Below, one piece after another: positions 55,944-64,000 of a stretch of 64,000 bases of DNA. The notes beneath the pieces are model-generated. The model did no database searches. It had not been told where the DNA came from and saw only the letters and a list, made by a program, of their open reading frames with translations. The stretch spans positions 30,256,001 to 30,320,000 of the forward strand of contig NC_043008.1 in NCBI RefSeq assembly GCF_006345805.1, in the 5' to 3' direction. Both the position numbers and the translations under genes were made by a program. Source of the DNA: Octopus sinensis. Its lineage: Eukaryota. Every line of letters starts with the position of its first letter. Positions within the stretch are counted from its first letter, which is position 1.

Positions 55944-57689
55944 TACATATATTCATATATGTGTATGTGTGGATGTATGTATGCATGCACGTATGTCTGT
56001 ATATATGTACTTCTCCATTTGTTAAAAAATTGTGGACACCACTCCCTCAGATCTCACGTCAACTATTATAAGAGACACTTCAGCGAGGCTCACGAATATA
56101 GAATGCATTTGATCATAAAGTTTGGCATCATGGGGGCTAACATTAACACACAATCTACTACATGATTGCCCATTGTATTGATTTTTTCTTCAGTTTATTT
56201 TAAGAGAACTGCTATTTTCATCATCGAGTGAGCCTTAATCAAGTTGACTTATGATAAGAGGCATTCCACTTATAATTACCCTGTCATTTTGATTGCAGGA
56301 ATATTGTATCAAGAACAATAATGTCCTTTTTTTAAATATACAGTGTATAGAGTGTGATTTGAAGGTAATTTGATAGCTATTTCTAACATGAAAATGCTAT
56401 ATGAATCGACTGAAAAATGTCAGAGTCTGCATTCCGAAAATAGGAGAAGCATATATACCCCTCACTTTGACTTACACAAAGGTTTTGCGTGTCTTGAGAA
56501 TAGCGATGTAAGGAGATGAGGTCAGAAAATACTCTCAGCTAGAAACTCGACTTTTGTGATCAATGAGATGAGTTGGTTCGTGTAATTTCCTTAAGCTTTG
56601 TTACATCTGGACCGATGTGTTTTGTTAAAAAACATGTACACATTACAATTAAGGTATGATCTAAATGAAATGCTGAATTATAAAGAATATATACCTTCCT
56701 AGGAGTATTGATTTTTGTCTTGTCAACTTTAAGCAACTAGTCATGCTAGCAAAAATATCGATGCCAGGACCAGGCAATTGTTCCATGTGAAAGTGACAGA
56801 AATCTGTCTTAAATATTATAACTGATAATCCGAGAGTAAAGGTATATGAATTATAACTTTATTTGCCGAACCAGCATTAAAGGTTGTAATGATGACACAG
56901 AATACACGTGTTAGTTATAGAATTGTCACTGAATCGAAATCTGAATAGTGTAATATAACCTTTTGGAGTCCTAGTTTTAGTTTTTAATTCACCGAACTGA
57001 ATATACGACTTAGCCGAATACCAGAATAACATAATGTGATTCGATTATGAACCTTAGGTCGTAAGTATATTTTACTACCTGCAGTCCCTTAACTTTAGTA
57101 ACCCTGTTATCAAAAGATCATCGTGAAATTTTTCAGATATATCCTTATGATCATATTTGGCAATGTAGTATACTTTAAAGATAGTCGGGTTTGATTTAAA
57201 ATTCGTTTAGTAGTTACTTCTTGAAAGTCAGGCCAATACGAAGAGATTCGCACGTTGAATCGGATACTGTTTCTACGCAATAAACCTATCTGAACCAATT
57301 CACTATTGCTGTGACCATGTATGAGATAAGCTACAAGCTAGAAATCGGATGAAAACAGAGACGTATCGTTAATACTATAGAAAAGCAAAGTATAGGAATT
57401 ACTAAGAAAGCTGCTTATCGTTCTTTTGTCTTTCTTTGTCTTTGTTCTCTGATATCAGTTTCTTTATTAAGAATGGGTATTCGACATTTCTAAGATATTT
57501 TTGTTTTTCATCATCGTAGGAATTAGGTCTCAGTAATTCAACCAACAGAAAATGGTTTACAGGCGTCGTTTTCGAATAATGAATCATGTGTTAGATTTGC
57601 GTTTTTCCCCATTTTTTCTATTTTTATTACTTGATTTAGTTATTTTATTTTTATTATATATGTTCTTTTTACAAGTTTTCTTAGTCTCA

Positions 57690-57870
57690 ACATCGACATT
57701 TTTATTACTTTTATTATTACTTTTACTTTTGTTATTATTATTATTATTAATATCATCATCATCCTCATCATCATCATCATCATCATCATCATTGTTGTTG
57801 TTGCTGTTGTTATTATTATTATTATTGATTATTATTATTTCGTTTTTCATATCAATATTACTATTATTAT
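57690..57870. repeat. Compound trinucleotide microsatellite (ATT)n(ATC)n(GTT)n
   Basis: Direct reading; it generates the N/D-rich and L/S-rich spurious ORFs. Confidence 0.9.
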
Positions 57871-59040
57871 CTTTAGGAGCAGTAGTATCAATATCATCAA
57901 AGAACAAAGCACTTTCAAAAACCTGTCTTCTTGTTATTGACCAGATTTATTTCTTATCCAATAGTTAGTTGGCTCCAAGGAAAACAAAAGCAAGAAAATA
58001 CGAAGGAAGCGAAAAGGTTCAAAGGGTGAATGTTGTAGTTAGCTCAAGAGAAAAAAAATCATATATGGCTTCTCTTCTTGCAGAAGTCACCAGATAGCCT
58101 TATTGATAATGGCGTCAAGTGATCCGATGCAAAGCAAAATGACGGAGAGGCGACTTTGAACGATAGCATTCAAAGAATTTGTAAAGAAAGTAATGCAGTA
58201 ATCAGCCGGAAGCTATAGATGAACATCCTATGATTTATTGCAAGCGGGTCAACAACTGATACTCTGCCGCATTCTTTCAACATACTAAAAGGAAAATATC
58301 ATTAACAGAAAACTAAATGCAAATCCATGACGTTACCAGTACTTTAATGATCAATCCACTTGTAAAGTTTACATGAATTTTTATCACAACCAAATAAGAA
58401 AAGGAGAAAACAGTATCGTATTTCATGTGTCTGTTGTGCGAGTAGGTGCTACTAAATATGGTATAACATAGGCAATAAAATAAAACAATCATAAGTGCTC
58501 GTATGCATCTTGATGAGTGTCTGCATGATTTTGTTTCTATCCTTGCGAAACCAGTCAGATTCAGATCACGAGCATGTCATCATCTGTAACATCAATAAAC
58601 TTGTAAAGAAATTACATGAGGTCAGGAAACTTTTGAAAATGATGTGAAAAGTTACTGAAAATGAAGAGTAGTATATATACATAGAAGCATAGCCGTCACT
58701 GGTAAGCGAGTGTTATCTGCTAATTTGTACTATTCGTTCGCTAATTTTTCTTTATACTTAGGGAGACATTATTAGATACTGACAAACCCGCGACCTCCAA
58801 AACTATGACATCGTAGATCATCAAGAACATCTCAGCTGGAAGAAAAACCGCCACCACTAGCATTGGGATGGTATCCAATTTCAGACTGACCCAGATTGAA
58901 ATAGAGTACTATTATGAAGGAAAGGACATGCAACCCAGTTGCACAAGCAGTCAGATATTCTACTTAGTAAACATAAGCTTATGGTTTCAATTGGTCATGC
59001 ACTTAATGCCTTAACTTTTAAGTCATGCCTCTGAACATAT

Positions 59041-59236
59041 ATTTCTTTATTGCCCACAGGGGACTAAACATGGTGGGGGTGCAAACAAGGACAGACAAAT
59101 GAATTAAGTCAATTACATCGACTCCAGTGCATAACTGATACTTATTTAATCGACACCGAGAAGATGTATGGCAAAGTCGACCACGGCAGAATTAGAACTC
59201 AGAACGTAATGCAGACAGAATACTACTAAGCACTTG
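59041..59236 (-). mobile_element. SINE, same family as 42817-42967, 5' end missing
   Basis: ATTAAGTCAATTACATCGACTCCAGTGCATAACTGATACTTATTTAATCGAC..GCAAAGTCGACCACGGCAGAATTAGAACTCAGAACG; B-box-like GTTCTAATTC on the minus strand. Confidence 0.75.
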
Positions 59237-59701
59237 GTGTACAAGATGCACCTGTGCAGATGAATAATTTTCAGTGGGTGTAGCTTGAATTTAATTACCC
59301 CCAACTATTGGTCCAAGAACATTTTTGCCGCTGTGACATTAAAATTCACAAAACCGGGATCTTCCAATGCCTCAGGTTTTATTTTGGAGATTCCTTTCTC
59401 TTAGGCTAAAAAACCTAGGTTAAAAAGCGTCTACCAGTCCATGAGGTAAGCTATGGCATGCTACACACCATACTGATACCCAAACGGTCTATAAAGTGAT
59501 CAAATATCATTACAGTGTCCAACATGGAGTTAATTCATACATTAAAAAAATATGAGACGTGATTTAAAGATATAAATAGGATTTAAATATGGATTATATA
59601 TATATATATATATATATGTAGGTCCCGGGTTGAGTCGGGGTTAACCACAGTTAATAAGGTACTCAATACATAGCAGAGTAAATTAATTTATTTTATAGAA
59701 G

Positions 59702-59754
59702 GAGCTTCTACAGGACTAGAACTGTTTCATTGAAATGAAATCTTCAGGAAGCTC
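59702..59754 (-). ncRNA. Compact type I hammerhead ribozyme, family 2 (minus copy)
   Basis: GAGCUUC CUGAAGA UUUCAUUUCAAU GAA ACAG UUCUAGUC CUGU A GAAGCUC; stem II is weak (C.C mismatch). Confidence 0.6.
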
Positions 59755-59755
59755 T

Positions 59756-59808
59756 GAGCTTCCTGAAGATTTCCTTTGAATGAAACAGTTCTAGTCCTGT
59801 AGAAGCTC
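59756..59808 (+). ncRNA. Compact type I hammerhead ribozyme, family 2 (plus copy)
   Basis: Stem I GAGCUUC (59756-62) pairs with GAAGCUC (59802-08). Core CUGAAGA (59763-69). Stem II UUC-CUUU-GAA closed by U.U. GAA at 59782-84. Stem III ACAG/CUGU. GUA triplet, A17 = 59801. Confidence 0.7.
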
Positions 59809-59811
59809 CTT

Positions 59812-59902
<91 letters not shown>

Positions 59903-62900
59903 AGTGGGAGAGAGACAGACAGACATACGGAGGCAGACAAACAGACAGAGAAGAGAGAAAGAAATAGTTATACCTTGGGTGTCCTGCAAAATACTTTTAA
60001 ATTTTGTAAGAAATATATGTTACCAGGTGAGATTGTGTGTTGATATAAGATTCTATACTCAGAAAGAGATATTACATTGGGAAATTCTCTGATTATAAGA
60101 ATGAGAATACTAATTTTGTTATAGAAATCCTTCAAAATGACTGTATAGTGTTGACGCTAAGGCCTTATTCAGAATTACACGGTTCTTTCTGTACTTTGTG
60201 ACGATGGACTGCACAACGAGTTACTGGGGCTTATATTTCTTGACTTAAAGATCGAGTCATATGTGTCAATATATCGGTAAATGCATCAGACAAGTTTGCA
60301 TTAAGCATCGCTGTCATTTGAAATTATACAGTTTGTGAGCCATCTCTCGGCGATTGAAACAATTCTACTTTTAATGGGAAAAAATTAATTAATTGAACAA
60401 ATTAGTTCTGATTACGCCTGACGTATTTGACTTCCATTAATATTCCTACTTATAATGTCTGTCCTAAACAACATCTACACCAGCACTATTATCACCATTA
60501 CCACCAAGAACACAAGATTGATATAAAAATCTTTTGAATTTTCTTCTAAATTTTAATATACCCATCTAGCTTGGAGTCTTCATAAGAGAAACATTCAAAA
60601 TAAAGCAACAAACACACACAAATAAACACACACACACAAACACACACACGCATACACACACGTATACAAACTTACACATGCACATATACATAGTTCCTTA
60701 TCTTATTTACTCGCCCCCTCTCTCAGTGTATCTTACATTGTATATTAATATTTTGTATCTCTGTTTCCCGATTCCATATGTGTGTGTGTCTGCGTGTGTA
60801 TGTATATATGCATTTATGTATGTACAGGGATATACATACTTGCTTATGTACATACGTATCTGCTTATCTATATATTACTTTTGATGTTGATATTTTCACC
60901 TCTGTCTTACTGATCCGAACGGATTATAGAAAACTATAATTCGTTATTGTTTGTGTGTGATTGCTTGGAGGAAGTACAATTATCGTATTATTTCGATATC
61001 TGCGTGTTGAAGTTTATTATATGGAAAGTTTTATTATATTATTTAAGCAACCTCTCCACTTTTGTCAAGTTTTTGATCTTTTATTTTTCCCGCTTGAAAC
61101 TAATTCGCTTCGATAATACTCAGTAGTAGCATTGGTTAAGGCATGGACGCCATAACATTACATGGTACTCTTAAATGTGAAAACGTTGGTCTAGGTAAGG
61201 AATCAATAATTGTATCTCCATTGGGATGTTTCAGTTTAATAGATCACTTTACAGAATTGTTTAGATAAAATACGAGGTTAAACTCTCTAATGCATTTAAA
61301 CTATTATCCCCATAAAATCTCAAACTATATATTGATATCATTTTTTCAATAGTTTATCTATTGTATTTTATTTTATTTCATATCTTCATCATATTCGTCA
61401 AATATATAACCCATTTAATAGCATTTTTATTATTCCATTTATCTAAATACTATTTTATTTCTCTAGTTATCATTTTATTGAGCATTTTTCTCAACTTGGT
61501 TAGATGTTTTATTGTTTAGAAATACTGAAATGTGAACAGCAGCCAACGTCATTGCAATGAATTTACAAAGAAAGGTCAACTAGAACAAAGTTTTCTGTAT
61601 TCCCTTAACCAAATTGTGCTATTAACCTATAACAAATCCGCCCAAGATAACAATGGCAGACCAAATTTATGGCATCGTTTGAATAGCAAGGTTTCAATGT
61701 AGCTTGCTTGGATATTAGCATCGGCCTGTTCGAATGGTATATTATAAATCTAAGCCATAACAAAAATTGATTCGTTTCTGATCGAAGGTCAGCTCTTTAA
61801 TTTTCTTACACACACACACTGAAAACTGAGTACCTTAATGGATTTGAAGACTAGTTGAATAGTACAATTTTGGCTGAGCTACATAGAAAAATGATTCAGA
61901 TAAATATTAAACTAGAATCACATATAACGTCTGCTAAGCATTTATTAATAAGATATAAAAGGAAATTATTATAAATTGAACAAAAGTGAATTGTTCATTT
62001 TTGTTCTTTTTAATCCGGTGATAAAATTTCAAATAGTGTTAGTATTTTATGTCGCTTTTGCGATCAAGAGATAGTACATACACACCTTTGCATAGTTCCC
62101 TTATCTTCGAGCTTGTTCAAATAAAGCGGTAGTCTACTAGGCAAGTTTTCATTCTACAAAAAATATGAATTATTCATATATTGGTTCGATTTATCGATAT
62201 TATAGGCTGAAAGTTGACTGTGTTTTCAGTCAAAGCAAATTTTCACTCGCCTTAAATACGAGATTCGGTGATCTGCGTTTGATATCCTTTTGGTGGCTAA
62301 TATTGCAGGAAATACCTCTGTATACACTAAATGAATCCCTTGCAGTACATACTAAAGAAACAAAAACTGAAAACGCCTGTTTGTGACCAATACAAGTTTG
62401 TCACTTTATAAGTTGGCCGGTATGAAAAATATTATGATATTAACATGATTGTCATGAAGCGTTCATAGTGTCTTTTTGTTTACAGACATATATCATGTTA
62501 GTAATTTTCTTGTTGTGTTGGGATGGCATTCTGAGGTTCCTAGTTTCACCTTAGTGTTTTTCTTTTGTGTTTTTTTTCTGCTTCTTCACTAACTTCTTTC
62601 GTTGCTCTCCTTTTTTTTCATAACTTTTTGCTAATTCAGCGTTTGTTTTATATATGGTAGAATCCTTTGTTTTATTGAAATATTTCTGTACAGTTACAAT
62701 ATATACTTTATTTTGTTTGCGTAATTGTTTACCAGTTACTCATGCATGTTTAATGCATTTCCTTCCGATTAATAATATTTTACACGTGGTTAAATTTTCC
62801 ACGATTACCGGTAGGGACTGTCTAACGGATTATAGCACTCAATTCATCCATGCAATATTCACAGTTTTTTATATCCAGCCATAAATTTCGGTTATGGCTT

Positions 62901-64000
62901 TATAATCAGAAATTGTTCTTTACAGAAAAATTAGGTCTTGCAGCAAGCCTTCTCTTCTCCGGGAAAGGATTTATGAATATTCAAATGCATGCTCGTGTAT
63001 CTGAGCTGTATGAGGCATTGTCGTTTACGAGAGTATGATTTCTTCTTTAATACACTGTTTTATTTTAGCTTATACTACTTATTGTTTATAGTCAGTTTGC
63101 AGAAACATGCAACCCAAATTGTGCCTAGACTTTATAATCATAGTGTTTGGCAACGCCTCATTTTTTATTTTAATGAAGTACACAACGGGGAAGTACTTCC
63201 AATATGTTGATAAGCAAGATACTTAGAAACAAAACGAATGCTTTCTTGCCGTTAATCTATGCACTTAAACTGTTTTCGTTCTCCTTATTTTAGCAGTGTC
63301 AGTTTTGTTAATAAGACTCTGGTCAAGAGTCGAATAGATCATGTGAATACAATACTTCTGTTCTACAAAAGTTACAATATGTATTTTTTCATTTTAATTT
63401 TTGTAATTTTTTTTTTATTATCGTGATTGATTAGATTTTGGGATACACTTTATGATTTAGCAACGGACAATGGATTAGTTTATAGACGCCATATCTTTAC
63501 ACTCTTTCTTGAAAACCATTGTGGTTCTACGTATAAGGAGACATCGAGATACTTGTGCTGGGCAGCTTAACAGAGAGCAGAAAACTCGTTATCTGTCAGT
63601 GTAATCAGTTAAAGGACAACCTCTAATAAATTTACTTCGTAGAACAGTCAGGAATTTTCTAGTTCCCAAAGCTATTAATGTAAGCATGAAATCAGGCTGT
63701 ATAGTTCTTAGAGATGATGGTATTTCAATTTCTAATACTCTTCTTGTCAGCTACTCCATTTTCGTTCTTTCTTTTATAAATTGATTATTTTTCTATTAAA
63801 TTCTATCAGAATGTTATAAGATTTGAGCAGATTGCTTTCAAAATTGTGGTTTTGGGAGTACAATTCTCTCGACTACAAAACATTTGTAATCTTTGATTTC
63901 AAGGATTAATATTTTCTTCTTGATATGCCATAGAGCTTTGCCTTTGTTCATTATTCATGTTGTATTTAGTATCTGATAAGAGTACGAACATTTGTAAAAA

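Larger units (their letters stand above)
59619..59817. mobile_element. Small hammerhead-containing element: 125-bp palindrome (59693-59817) plus 74-bp tail, inside (TA)n
   Basis: Palindrome centred on T59755. On the minus strand the HHR is followed by AATAAA and a tail ending ...CCCGACTCAACCCGGGACCTAC. (TA)n on both flanks. Confidence 0.75.

Noticed and set aside
57552-57968. N/D-rich (minus) and L/S-rich (plus) ORFs
   Set aside because: Produced by compound trinucleotide repeats; no recognisable domain or convincing splice context.
58084-58220. Possible exon after CTTCTCTTCTTGCAG
   Set aside because: All three frames reach stops without a clear donor; no homology recognised.

Overview
AT-rich, microsatellite-saturated eukaryotic non-coding DNA. 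The SINE families look like those I recognise from Octopus genomes (recognition from memory, not a database result). I found no credible host protein-coding gene, tRNA, rRNA or CRISPR array; almost all ORF-track entries are translated (TA)n, (CA)n or (GATA)n repeats. Supported features are tRNA-derived SINEs, a decayed R4/Dong-like LINE with a duplicated restriction-like endonuclease, a CR1-clade LINE 3' end, two decayed Penelope-like element (PLE) coding relics, several fold-back MITE-like palindromes, a possible Helitron and local duplications. The main finding is two unrelated hammerhead ribozyme (HHR) folds read directly from the sequence, each present on both strands. (1) At 53771-54976 a 473-bp, hairpin-rich, non-coding monomer forms a partial tandem plus an inversion joined at a microhomology; it carries a type I HHR with a palindromic stem III and a long stem II extension, resembling a retrozyme or PLE pseudo-LTR. 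(2) At 59619-59817 two compact HHRs sit back-to-back in a 125-bp palindrome. Both loci lie inside (TA)n tracts. Self-cleavage is predicted from fold only, and both folds have a non-canonical base pair at the base of stem II.
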